From: Candidatus Giovannonibacteria bacterium RIFCSPLOWO2_02_FULL_43_54
Lineage (GTDB): Bacteria; Patescibacteriota; Minisyncoccia; UBA11713; 2-01-FULL-45-33
NCBI GenBank assembly: GCA_001778875.1
Contig: MFIK01000041.1
Location: 2,033 to 66,032 of the forward strand
DNA: 64,000 bases
Direction: 5' to 3'
This document shows positions 55,800-64,000 of this stretch, piece by piece. The notes below the pieces were generated by a model, which ran no database searches, was not told the DNA's origin, and was given only the letters and a program-made list of their open reading frames with translations. Each line of letters opens with the position of its first letter. The first letter of the stretch is position 1. Position numbers and translations under genes: made by a program.

Positions 55800-56852
55800 A
55801 TGCAACTGCCAAATTTTTTAAAACTGCCGGTTTATGCGTTCGATATTTCGGACCAGTCTTATAAGTATTTATTGTTAAAAGAAGAGAAAGAAGGAGTTGT
55901 CGTGGATGATTTTGGCGGCGCGAATATTCCAAACGGGGTTATTGAGAGGGGGGAGATCAAAAAACCTGATGTTCTTGTCGCTCAGCTTCGCGCGCTTTTC
56001 CTGCTTCGGGGAATAAAATATGCCGCGCTTGCGTTGCCGGAGGAAAAAGGATTTTTAAGAACGGTAAAGCTATCGGGCATTAAAGAGGAAGAAGTTGGCC
56101 GGGCGCTTGAATTTCAATTGGAAGAGCATATTCCGCTTTCCGCGGCCGACGCGGTTTTTAATTACACGATAAGCAAAAGAGAAAAAGACCATTTAGACGT
56201 AGTTCTTTCCGCGTTCCCGAAAATAACGGTTGAATCGTATCTCGATGTTTTTTCGAAGGCAGGCGCTTTGCCGGTATATATTGAATCGGAGCTCAACGCC
56301 TCGGTCGCCGCGGTTATTCCCGTGGATTTCAAAAAAACCGCGATGCTCATCAATTGGGGGCATACGCGGACAAGCTTTTCCATAGTAGATAGCGGTGTTT
56401 TGGGGTTTACCACGACAGTTCCGATAGGCGGGTCGGGGCTCGATGAGGTGATCGCGAAGAGTCTAAATGTCGGTTTAGCAAAAGCGGAGCTGTTAAAGAA
56501 GGAAAAAGGATTCATAAAAAGCGCGTCTTCGGCGGATGTTTTTGAGGCAATGATTCCGTTTATAACGGCTTTTAGCGAAGAAGTTGAAAAGTACATCAAT
56601 TATTGGCAGACGCATTCAGAAACAAAAGAAGCTCCAGAGAGGATATTTCTTTACGGCGGAGAAGCCAATCTTGCGGGTTTTAAAGAATATTTATCAAAAC
56701 AGCTTAATATTGAGGTGTCTTTAGCTGATCCATGGGTAAATATGCGTTTTCCCGGGCATTATTTGCCGGAGATAGAATTAAAAGATTCATTGCGTTTTGC
56801 CACCTCGATCGGATTATCCCTAAACGCATTAAGAGAAAATAAATTTTTATAA
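55800..56852 (+). CDS. pilM: Type IV pilus assembly protein PilM (actin-like ATPase fold)
   Basis: 350 aa; PilM-like N-terminus and ASKHA-fold regions. Confidence 0.75.
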   Translation: MQLPNFLKLPVYAFDISDQSYKYLLLKEEKEGVVVDDFGGANIPNGVIERGEIKKPDVLVAQLRALFLLRGIKYAALALPEEKGFLRTVKLSGIKEEEVGRALEFQLEEHIPLSAADAVFNYTISKREKDHLDVVLSAFPKITVESYLDVFSKAGALPVYIESELNASVAAVIPVDFKKTAMLINWGHTRTSFSIVDSGVLGFTTTVPIGGSGLDEVIAKSLNVGLAKAELLKKEKGFIKSASSADVFEAMIPFITAFSEEVEKYINYWQTHSETKEAPERIFLYGGEANLAGFKEYLSKQLNIEVSLADPWVNMRFPGHYLPEIELKDSLRFATSIGLSLNALRENKFL

Positions 56853-56853
56853 A

Positions 56854-57408
56854 ATGTTGCTTGCGGAAAATTACAAAAAGCTGGTCAGGCGTGAAAAAAT
56901 ATTGCGGCTTTCGGCGTATTTTTTCTTTATGCTTTCCGCCGCAGGCATTCTTGGCCTTGCTCTTATGCTGCCATCTTATTTTTTACTGATATTTTCCAAG
57001 GATGATCATTTAAGGACGCTCCGTATCGAAGAAGAGATATTGGCCAGAAAAGAGCTCGGTAAATTGGAGGGGGAGATATCAAAAGTGAACGAAGCTATTG
57101 ATGCGTTCGAGCGAAACGAAAAAAAACGTCGCTCTATTTCAGGCGTTCTTATCCGCCTTTTTAGAACAACTCCATCCGCCGGGATCCGGATATTCAGCCT
57201 GAATTTGAAACGGGAAAAGACCGGCGAGTTTTTGCTCGCGATCCAGGGAAGCGCCGATCGAAGAGAGGATTTTCTTAAATACAAGGCCGCTCTCGAGGCT
57301 TCCCCGGATTTCTCCGGCGTGATCTCACCGATAAAGAATCTACTTTCAGAATTTAACCTTGAATTCAACATCGAGCTTAAAATTAAGCCGGAAATATACG
57401 GTATATGA
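56854..57408 (+). CDS. pilN: PilN-like bitopic protein
   Basis: Single transmembrane helix plus coiled-coil; 1-nt intergenic spacing; position after pilM. Confidence 0.6.
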   Translation: MLLAENYKKLVRREKILRLSAYFFFMLSAAGILGLALMLPSYFLLIFSKDDHLRTLRIEEEILARKELGKLEGEISKVNEAIDAFERNEKKRRSISGVLIRLFRTTPSAGIRIFSLNLKREKTGEFLLAIQGSADRREDFLKYKAALEASPDFSGVISPIKNLLSEFNLEFNIELKIKPEIYGI

Positions 57409-57929
57409 GGAAGCTCAACGGAAAAACATTATGGGTCGTGATTGCGGGGATCTTTATGCTCGGAATAATATCCTCGGCTGTTTGGTTCTTAAATTCGGAG
57501 ATCAACGAGACAAGCAGAGTGATCAGCGAGGCATCGATAAGTCTCGCCATGCTCCGGGAGAAAGAGCGGGAATTTGAAGAATCCTCGGCTAATTTGAAAA
57601 AATTTTCATTAGAGATAGCGAATTTGAACAAGGCATTTTTGAGCGAAGAAACATTTGTTGATCTTTTGAGACTCTTTGAAGATCTTGCGAGATCAGCCGG
57701 CGTGAAGTTCAAGGCGCAGAGCGCGAAAGTGCCGACAGCCTCGGATGATAAGGCGAGCTTGTCATTCGAGCTGGAAGGAGAAAAAGAATCGCTGGTCAGA
57801 TTTTTCATACTGCTTGATAGAATGCCTTATTCCGGCATCGCGGATAACATAAATTGGAGCCAACAAGGCAAAGAGCCGGATAATATAAAAGTAAACGCAA
57901 ATTACATAATTTTTAATTACGTGAAATAA
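57405..57929 (+). CDS. pilO: PilO-like bitopic protein
   Basis: Single transmembrane helix plus coiled-coil plus C-terminal domain; 4-nt overlap with pilN. Confidence 0.55.
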   Translation: MRKLNGKTLWVVIAGIFMLGIISSAVWFLNSEINETSRVISEASISLAMLREKEREFEESSANLKKFSLEIANLNKAFLSEETFVDLLRLFEDLARSAGVKFKAQSAKVPTASDDKASLSFELEGEKESLVRFFILLDRMPYSGIADNINWSQQGKEPDNIKVNANYIIFNYVK

Positions 57930-57933
57930 TATT

Positions 57934-58221
57934 ATGAAAATAAATTTTATTCCAAAAATACCAAAATTCGAATCCAACAATATCCAAAAAATTTGGAAAT
58001 ACGAATTAATATTGACGGCGCTTTTGCTGGCGGTGTTTTTGGGCTGGGATCTCTGGATATATTATAAAAAGGCGGAAGCAAACAGAAACATATCGGCTTC
58101 CCCCGACACATCCAAAGTCGTTTCCCTAAAAAAAGAAAGCCTTTTGGCAATAGATAAAAAACTGCAGGGATACAAAGACTTCCTCAAAAACCCGAAATTT
58201 ACCCCGTATGAAAATTTTTAA
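57934..58221 (+). CDS. Small membrane protein at the end of the pilus operon
   Basis: Transmembrane helix YELILTALLLAVFLGW; 95 aa. Confidence 0.4.
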   Translation: MKINFIPKIPKFESNNIQKIWKYELILTALLLAVFLGWDLWIYYKKAEANRNISASPDTSKVVSLKKESLLAIDKKLQGYKDFLKNPKFTPYENF

Positions 58222-58439
58222 TAATTTTTTGTAAGAAATAAAGTTTTCAAAAGCATGGTAGTAATTTAGGTGGTAAAAAATGTTTAAGAAATTGTACGCT
58301 AAAAACAAAAGACTGTTAATTGTAGTCGCCGAACGGACAAAAACTCATCTTAAAATCATCACAATCATAGATACTTCAAATATAAATAAACATTTATGAA
58401 AAAAATAATCCAAAAATTTCATACGACAAAGAAAGCAAA

Positions 58440-58634
58440 GTGCTTTCAGTAGAAGTAGAAAAAACAAAGAGCGCGGACTCCGACATCAGCGGTAATGTCG
58501 TTGTTGACTACGATAAAAATGGCAAAATTTCACATATTAATTTCTACGAATTTAATTTCGATAACTTCAAAAGCAACCTCAAGGCGCTGAAAGATTTTTC
58601 ACGCAATCGAGAAGTGGCTTTGTCCGTAAAATAA
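58440..58634 (+). CDS. Solitary DUF2283-family small protein
   Basis: VVVDYDKNGKISHINFYEF resembles the DUF2283 core, as does the protein at 62446. Confidence 0.45.
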   Translation: MLSVEVEKTKSADSDISGNVVVDYDKNGKISHINFYEFNFDNFKSNLKALKDFSRNREVALSVK

Positions 58635-58684
58635 AAAACCGCCGAAATTTTCCGGACGGCTTGTGAAAGATATTTTGCGTTTTT

Positions 58685-58834
58685 TTATTTAGTATCAATG
58701 GCCGCCGTAATCGCGACCAATGCCAATGCGATGCCTGTGCCCAATCTGGCTACCCACACCATCTCTGCTGGAGCGGAAACGTAGCCTAATACAATAAAAA
58801 ACACAGCACACGACCCAAAGATTATTGCAGTCAT
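58685..58834 (-). CDS. 49-aa membrane microprotein
   Basis: Hand-translated ORF MTAIIFGSCAVFFIVLGYVSAPAEMVWVARLGTGIALALVAITAAIDTK with a strong Shine-Dalgarno GGGAGG 8 nt upstream. Confidence 0.4.
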   Translation of the reverse strand: MTAIIFGSCAVFFIVLGYVSAPAEMVWVARLGTGIALALVAITAAIDTK

Positions 58835-59005
58835 TTTTAATTTCCTCCCTGCATTGAGGTTATCATATTATCCAAATCCTGTCAATACTTTGACTTTTTA
58901 GCCAAATAATATATTATTTACTCATTATTAATAACCGCGGTGGTCTTTAGATAGATAGGCTATTTAAGTAGTCTAGAATCTGGAGGGCATCGCTCATAAA
59001 ATAGT

Positions 59006-61240
59006 ATGCAAAGTAAAAAATTTACGGCGGAAGTCGGCGGAAGGACTTTAACCGCCGAGTTTACCGACATGGCACATCAGGCCAATGGTTCCTGTTTAAT
59101 AACTTACGGGGGCACGGTCATCTTGGCAACGGCGGTGCAATCCAAAAACGCCCGCGAAGGAACGGACTTTTTTCCGCTAACAGTTGACTATGAGGAAAAA
59201 TTTTACGCCGCGGGAATGATATTGGGTTCGCGTTTTATGCGAAGGGAGGGCAAGGCTTCCGACGAAGCTGTTTTGGTATCGCGGCTTATTGATCGCTCCA
59301 TCCGCCCTCTATTTTCGCAAAAAACCAGGAATGAGGTTCAGGTAATTATTTTGGCGCTCTCAATCGATGAAGATAACGATCCGGATATTTTATCTATTTT
59401 GGGCGCATCTTTGGCGCTCGGCACCTCAAATATTCCCTGGGCAGGCCCGATAGGCGCCGTAAGAATAGGAAAAAAAGATGGCAAATTGATAATCAATCCT
59501 TCCTACTCGGACAGGCTCGATGCTTCGCTAGATACAGTTATCTGCGGAAAGGACGGGAAAGTAAACATGATTGAGGCCGGCGCTCTCGAAATCTCCGAAG
59601 ACGAAATGATGGAAGCGCTAGAAACCGCGAGTCGCGAAATTGACAAGCTTTGCGATTTCCAAAAAAAGATAATTTCCGAACTTGGAGAGAAAAAAAACGA
59701 AATCAAATTGGTCGAGGCGCCAGCGGATATGAAAGAGATGTTCAAAAAAAATGTCGTAAAAAAACTCGAGGAATCTATCTATATCAAAGAAAAATTGAAT
59801 AGATACGAGGCGCTGAACCAATTAAAAAAGGGCTGGGTGGAAACCTGTGTTGAATTTTTCCCCGAAGTTTCCAAATCTATCTCCGACGGGCTTTTTGAAG
59901 AGGCGATAGATGAGATTGTGCATAAAAATATTATTGAGAAAGAAAAGAGACCGGACGGCAGGGGAACAAAGGAAATCCGCAAACTTTTTGCGAAAGCAGG
60001 ATTATTTCCAAGAACACACGGCTCGGGATTATTTTACCGCGGAGAGACGCATATATTATCTATAACAACCCTCGGCGCGCCTTCGGATGTCCAGCTTATC
60101 GAAGGAATGGAAATTCGCGCAAAAAAAAGATTCATGCACCATTACAACTTCCCGCCTTTCTCGGTCGGCGAAATCAAACCGATGAGGGGCCCAGCAAGAA
60201 GAGATATCGGACACGGCGCTTTGGCCGAGCGTGCTCTCTTGGCGATCATCCCGAAGCCGGAAGATTTTCCGTACACGATTCGCGTGGTTTCCGAAACACT
60301 TTCGTCAAATGGATCATCCTCGATGGGCTCGGTTACAGCTGGCGCCTTGTCCCTGATGGACGCGGGAGTGCCGATCAAAGCCCCGGCCGCGGGAATCGCG
60401 ATGGGATTGATGTTGAGCGAAGCGAAATCCGCCTCAGGCGGAATGGATGACTACCGCTACAAAATTCTCACCGACATCCAGGGACCGGAAGACCATCACG
60501 GGGACATGGATTTCAAAGTTGCCGGAACGAAAGACGGAATTACGGCAGTTCAAATGGACGTTAAAGTGGCAGGAATTCCTTTGAAAATAATGAAAGAGGT
60601 GTTTTTGCAGGCACGCGAGGCGCGCATCCAAATACTTGAAGTGGTTACAAAAGAGCTTCACGCGCCGAGACCGGAGCTTTCGGAATACGCTCCGCGTATT
60701 CTTACAATGCATATTAATCCTGATAAAATTAGGGACGTTATCGGACCTGGTGGTAAAATGATCCAGTCGATAATCGCGGAAACCGGCACGGAAATAGACA
60801 TTGAGCAGGACGGGACTATTTTCATTACCGCGACAAATCCTGACGGCATGAAAGCCGCGGAAGCAAAAATACAAATGCTCACGAAAGAATTCGTTGTCGG
60901 AGAAACATTTGAAGGAAAGATAACGCGCATCTTCCCGTTCGGTGCGATGGTTGAAATTGGCCCAAAACAGGAGGGCTTGGTGCATATCTCGGAGTTGGCG
61001 CCTTTTCGCGTGAATCAGGTGACAGACGTGGTTTCTCCGGGAGATGAAGTAAAAGTAAAAGTTGTCGGCATCGACGATCAGGGAAGGGTGAACCTTTCGA
61101 TCAAGGCGGCAATGGAACTCAAATTAAAATCTCCCGAAGCGCGCGCAAGCGGCGAATCGGAAGCCAGGCGTCAGCAAGACTCGCGTGAACGAAGGGACGG
61201 AGGCGGGTTTGGCGGACGAGGCGGAGGACACAGAAGATAA
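59006..61240 (+). CDS. pnp: Polyribonucleotide nucleotidyltransferase (PNPase) with a C-terminal RGG-rich tail
   Basis: Two RNase PH domains, KH (GPGGKMIQSI) and S1 domains; 744 aa. Confidence 0.95.
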   Translation: MQSKKFTAEVGGRTLTAEFTDMAHQANGSCLITYGGTVILATAVQSKNAREGTDFFPLTVDYEEKFYAAGMILGSRFMRREGKASDEAVLVSRLIDRSIRPLFSQKTRNEVQVIILALSIDEDNDPDILSILGASLALGTSNIPWAGPIGAVRIGKKDGKLIINPSYSDRLDASLDTVICGKDGKVNMIEAGALEISEDEMMEALETASREIDKLCDFQKKIISELGEKKNEIKLVEAPADMKEMFKKNVVKKLEESIYIKEKLNRYEALNQLKKGWVETCVEFFPEVSKSISDGLFEEAIDEIVHKNIIEKEKRPDGRGTKEIRKLFAKAGLFPRTHGSGLFYRGETHILSITTLGAPSDVQLIEGMEIRAKKRFMHHYNFPPFSVGEIKPMRGPARRDIGHGALAERALLAIIPKPEDFPYTIRVVSETLSSNGSSSMGSVTAGALSLMDAGVPIKAPAAGIAMGLMLSEAKSASGGMDDYRYKILTDIQGPEDHHGDMDFKVAGTKDGITAVQMDVKVAGIPLKIMKEVFLQAREARIQILEVVTKELHAPRPELSEYAPRILTMHINPDKIRDVIGPGGKMIQSIIAETGTEIDIEQDGTIFITATNPDGMKAAEAKIQMLTKEFVVGETFEGKITRIFPFGAMVEIGPKQEGLVHISELAPFRVNQVTDVVSPGDEVKVKVVGIDDQGRVNLSIKAAMELKLKSPEARASGESEARRQQDSRERRDGGGFGGRGGGHRR

Positions 61241-61266
61241 AAAGTATTTTTGGTATAATTGATATT

Positions 61267-62190
61267 ATGCCTCCTGAAGAAAATATAAAATCCGCGCCAC
61301 CTATGCCACAGGGCATTCCCAAGATCCGCACGTTCAAGTCAGATGCCCAGACCTATATGCACGAAAATCAGGTCACGCGCCTTGAGATGGACACAAAAAA
61401 TTATGTTTCGCAGACAGCAGAGCGCTGGAAGATACCAGCAGTCAATTACAAAATTTATGCTTATGTTTTGGGTGGAGTAATTTTGCTCGCAAGCGCGGGA
61501 TACTTTGGATATCAAATGTATTTGGGCAATATTTCGACTAAAGAGCCCGCCACGGAAAAACCGCGAGCTCATCCGGTTTTTCTGCAAGTTGAATCGGAAA
61601 CGGAGATAATATATTCAAAAGCCGACGGCGGGTCGCTTACCAACGCGATAAAAAACGCTCTAGGCCAGCAATATAAATTTGGAACAATAAATTATTTAAA
61701 AATCAGGCAGAACGAAAACCAGCCCTATTTGAATGCCGGAGAATTCATAAAAATAATGCTGTGGAGCCCGCCAAACAGCTTTTTGGAAAATTTGGATTCT
61801 GCGTTTAATGTGCTTGTTGTTTATCAGGGTTCTGTTTCGGCGGCAGACGGGCTCAACAACGCACCTGTTTTCGTTTTTAAAACAAAGAATTTCGCAAGCT
61901 CATATGCCGCGCTTCTCGAATGGGAAACAGGAAACGCAGAAAAAACCAATACGCTTTGGCAAGATTTAAAACCGTTCATTAATCTTCAAAATATTGATCC
62001 GGCTTCTCTTTACAGAAAAGAATTTGAGGACAATCTTATCAAAAACAATGACGCCCGCGCCTTTAGAGCAGCTGACGGCAGAATGCTTTTGGAATACGCA
62101 CTGTTCAACAAAAAATTTATTATCATAAGCCCCTCCCGCGAAGCGCTCTCCCTCGTCCTCGGCCGGTTTATTGTCCTGCCTCCGCAATAA
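61267..62190 (+). CDS. Hypothetical bitopic membrane protein
   Basis: Transmembrane helix IYAYVLGGVILLASAGYFGY; 307 aa. Confidence 0.5.
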   Translation: MPPEENIKSAPPMPQGIPKIRTFKSDAQTYMHENQVTRLEMDTKNYVSQTAERWKIPAVNYKIYAYVLGGVILLASAGYFGYQMYLGNISTKEPATEKPRAHPVFLQVESETEIIYSKADGGSLTNAIKNALGQQYKFGTINYLKIRQNENQPYLNAGEFIKIMLWSPPNSFLENLDSAFNVLVVYQGSVSAADGLNNAPVFVFKTKNFASSYAALLEWETGNAEKTNTLWQDLKPFINLQNIDPASLYRKEFEDNLIKNNDARAFRAADGRMLLEYALFNKKFIIISPSREALSLVLGRFIVLPPQ

Positions 62191-62242
62191 GCCGCACTAT
62201 CATTTTGACTAAGTGGTCGTAATCATCTAAAATTTACCGTAA

Positions 62243-62455
62243 ATGATTATTTTTACCAATCATGCGAAAAAACGCATGCGGGAGAGAAAGATATTAAAAT
62301 CGCAAATTATTGCGGCCATAGAAAATCCTGAATCTGCAGAGTCGCAAGAAAATGATCTTAAAATTCTTCGAAGAAAGTTTGGGGATAAGATTTTGGAATT
62401 AGTCATTGAAAGTGGAAAAAACAAAGTTATTGTGGTAACATTATATTGGTTATGA
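62243..62455 (+). CDS. DUF4258-family protein (predicted toxin of a DUF4258/DUF2283 pair)
   Basis: N-terminal IFTNHAKKRMRERKI matches the DUF4258 H-A-x-x-R-M-x-x-R signature; 10-nt overlap with the DUF2283 gene. Confidence 0.55.
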   Translation: MIIFTNHAKKRMRERKILKSQIIAAIENPESAESQENDLKILRRKFGDKILELVIESGKNKVIVVTLYWL

Positions 62456-62661
62456 AAATACAATACGATAAACAGGCCGATGCCTTATACATATATATTG
62501 GCAAAGGAAAAATTAAGAAAACCATAAAAGCCGGTAAAAATGCTCTTATTGATATGGGCGACAAAGACCGTGTTATTGGCGTCGAGTTTTATAAAATTTC
62601 GCTCTCTGCTTCTAAAGAAAGACTGCAAAGCGTATCAGTAGAATTACCGGTTAACGCATAA
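62446..62661 (+). CDS. DUF2283-family protein (predicted antitoxin partner)
   Basis: KIQYDKQADALYIYI ... VIGVEF matches the DUF2283 core. Confidence 0.6.
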   Translation: MVMKIQYDKQADALYIYIGKGKIKKTIKAGKNALIDMGDKDRVIGVEFYKISLSASKERLQSVSVELPVNA

Positions 62662-62664
62662 TTT

Positions 62665-63024
62665 ATGTTTATAGATACGAAATTTTTTAAAAAGCAGCTG
62701 GATGAGGAAAAGCAAAAGCTGGAGGGAGAATTGGAAACCGTTGCCAAAAGAAACCCCGACCAGCCGAAAGACTGGAACGCAACCTACCCCGACATGAATA
62801 TAATGGCCGCGGACAAAGAAGAGGTCGCCGACCAGGAAGAGGAATACGAGAACCGCGCAAGCTTCGAACTTGAGCTGGAATCGCGTCTGCGGGACATTAA
62901 TGATGCGCTGGTTCGCGTTGAAACAGGAAAATTCGGCAAATGTACCGTTGGTGGAGAAAATATCGATGAGGCGCGACTCCGCGCAAACCCGGCCGCCGCA
63001 ACATGCATCAAACACGCAGGGTAA
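62665..63024 (+). CDS. DksA/TraR-family protein with a degenerate (2-Cys plus His) zinc finger
   Basis: N-terminal coiled-coil plus C-terminal GKCTVGGENIDEARLRANPAAATCIKH (the canonical CxxC...CxxC reduced to C...C plus His). Confidence 0.6.
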   Translation: MFIDTKFFKKQLDEEKQKLEGELETVAKRNPDQPKDWNATYPDMNIMAADKEEVADQEEEYENRASFELELESRLRDINDALVRVETGKFGKCTVGGENIDEARLRANPAAATCIKHAG

Positions 63025-63076
63025 GATGCAAATCTACAAATCTAATGCGAATCCACAAATTGCGAATAAAATTCTT

Positions 63077-63121
63077 AATTAGCAATTAGCATTATTGGCA
63101 TAAAATTAGCATATTGGCATC
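63077..63121 (+). promoter_or_regulatory. Tandem direct repeats AATTAGCA(T)TATTGGCAT (three AATTAGCA boxes) abutting the peroxiredoxin start codon; candidate redox-regulator operator or promoter
   Basis: Two near-identical 17/18-nt units plus a partial third, ending 1 nt before the ATG. Confidence 0.4.
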
Positions 63122-63706
63122 ATGTATAATATTGACCAAAAATTTCCGGATTTTTCTTTGGAGATCTATGACCCTGAAAAAGACGATGTAGGGAAAATAA
63201 CCATATCTGATTTTAGCGGCAGGTGGTTGGTTTTATTTTTCTACCCGGCAGATTTTACTTTTGTCTGCCCAACTGAGCTTGTTGACCTGCAAAGGCGGTA
63301 TGACGATTTCAAAAAACTGAACGCAGAAATAGTTTCCGTTTCCACGGATACGGTCCACTCGCACAAGGCATGGGTTGAGATGGAGGAAATTTTGAAAGGA
63401 ATAAAATATAAAATGGCCGCCGACCACAATGGGAAATTTTCCAAAGATCTCGGAATTTATTATGAGGAGAGCGGGAAATCGCACCGCGCCGTGTTTATCA
63501 TCGACCCCGACGGCGTTTTAAGATCTGTCCAGATAGTCGCCGACGCAATAGGGCGCTCCGTGGGAGAAATTTTCAGACAGTTAAAAGCACTCGACTTCGT
63601 CCGTAAAAACCCTGGTCATGTTTGTCCTGCCTCCTGGGACGAGGGAGCTCAAACCCTGATACCCTCCATCAAAAAGGCGGGCAAGGTTTACAAAGACCTG
63701 AAATAA
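63122..63706 (+). CDS. 2-Cys peroxiredoxin (AhpC/TSA family)
   Basis: Peroxidatic Cys motif FTFVCPTE and resolving Cys near the C-terminus (VCP); 194 aa. Confidence 0.9.
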   Translation: MYNIDQKFPDFSLEIYDPEKDDVGKITISDFSGRWLVLFFYPADFTFVCPTELVDLQRRYDDFKKLNAEIVSVSTDTVHSHKAWVEMEEILKGIKYKMAADHNGKFSKDLGIYYEESGKSHRAVFIIDPDGVLRSVQIVADAIGRSVGEIFRQLKALDFVRKNPGHVCPASWDEGAQTLIPSIKKAGKVYKDLK

Positions 63707-63739
63707 AGATAGCCTCAAATTAGAGGCTGTTTTTAAACA

Positions 63740-63901
63740 TGGAAGAAACCTATTGCCCGTTTTGCAAGCTGGTGCATAATACGCTGGTTGAGGACTGTTG
63801 CATCTGCGGCGCAGAATTGATCTTAAAGCCAGACAGCTCGAACGGCGAAGACCACAGTTGTCCAATGTGCGTCAGCCACGATAAAATAGAAATGGCTTGA
63901 A
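63740..63901 (+). CDS. 53-aa zinc-ribbon microprotein (three CxxC-type pairs)
   Basis: Hand-translated MEETYCPFCKLVHNTLVEDCCICGAELILKPDSSNGEDHSCPMCVSHDKIEMA. Confidence 0.35.
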
Positions 63902-64000
63902 AGGAGCTATAAATGGAAAAATATGTTTTGATCCTGTTGGGATTAGGATCGATATCGCTATTTATCGCCATCTGGCTCGCAAATTTGCTTGTTTAAAAAG

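Noticed and set aside
1-64000. Alternative genetic code (UGA recoding as in some candidate phyla)
   Set aside because: Conserved genes (clpP, ftsH, pnp, hppA) terminate at TGA/TAA/TAG exactly where homologues end and contain no in-frame TGA

Overview
Low-GC (~40%) bacterial chromosomal segment, densely coded on both strands. The phylum cannot be assigned from sequence alone. Small proteins, a type IV pilus cluster and several toxin-antitoxin pairs give a Patescibacteria-like flavour, but the acyl-CoA metabolism present is unusually rich for such a genome. Housekeeping core: tig-clpP, ftsH, gpmI, rny-ymdB, hup, two tRNAs (Gly-TCC, Pro-TGG), trmO, yraN, mpl, nusA, H+-pyrophosphatase, pnp, a peroxiredoxin and a sensor kinase plus receiver-only response regulator. 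A large catabolic island carries a HAL/PAL-family lyase divergent from an acyl-CoA ligase, an SDR, two thiolases (one SCP2-type with its DUF35 partner), an acyl-CoA dehydrogenase, methylmalonyl-CoA mutase plus MeaB, a fused E1 alpha-beta 2-oxoacid dehydrogenase with a split E2 (free-standing lipoyl protein and separate catalytic domain), a PrpB-like lyase, a PaaI thioesterase and a second acyl-CoA synthetase. A complete type IV pilus assembly cluster is present (pilB, pilC, three pilin-like genes, a 606-aa pilin-like protein, pilMNO). Accessory content includes a frameshifted hicA next to hicB, a RelE/ParE pair, a DUF4258/DUF2283 pair plus a solitary DUF2283, a CYTH-domain protein, a TrmB-type regulator, and a winged-helix plus Cas2-fold regulator flanked by two related 26-28 bp palindromes. 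Recurrent themes: perfect palindromes and hairpin-rich GC-rich patches sitting in-frame inside conserved genes (ymdB, yraN), an intrinsic terminator between the two halves of the split E2, two candidate structured non-coding regions, and tandem repeat operators abutting the start codons of clpP and the peroxiredoxin. No rRNA, CRISPR array, transposase or integrase was recognised.
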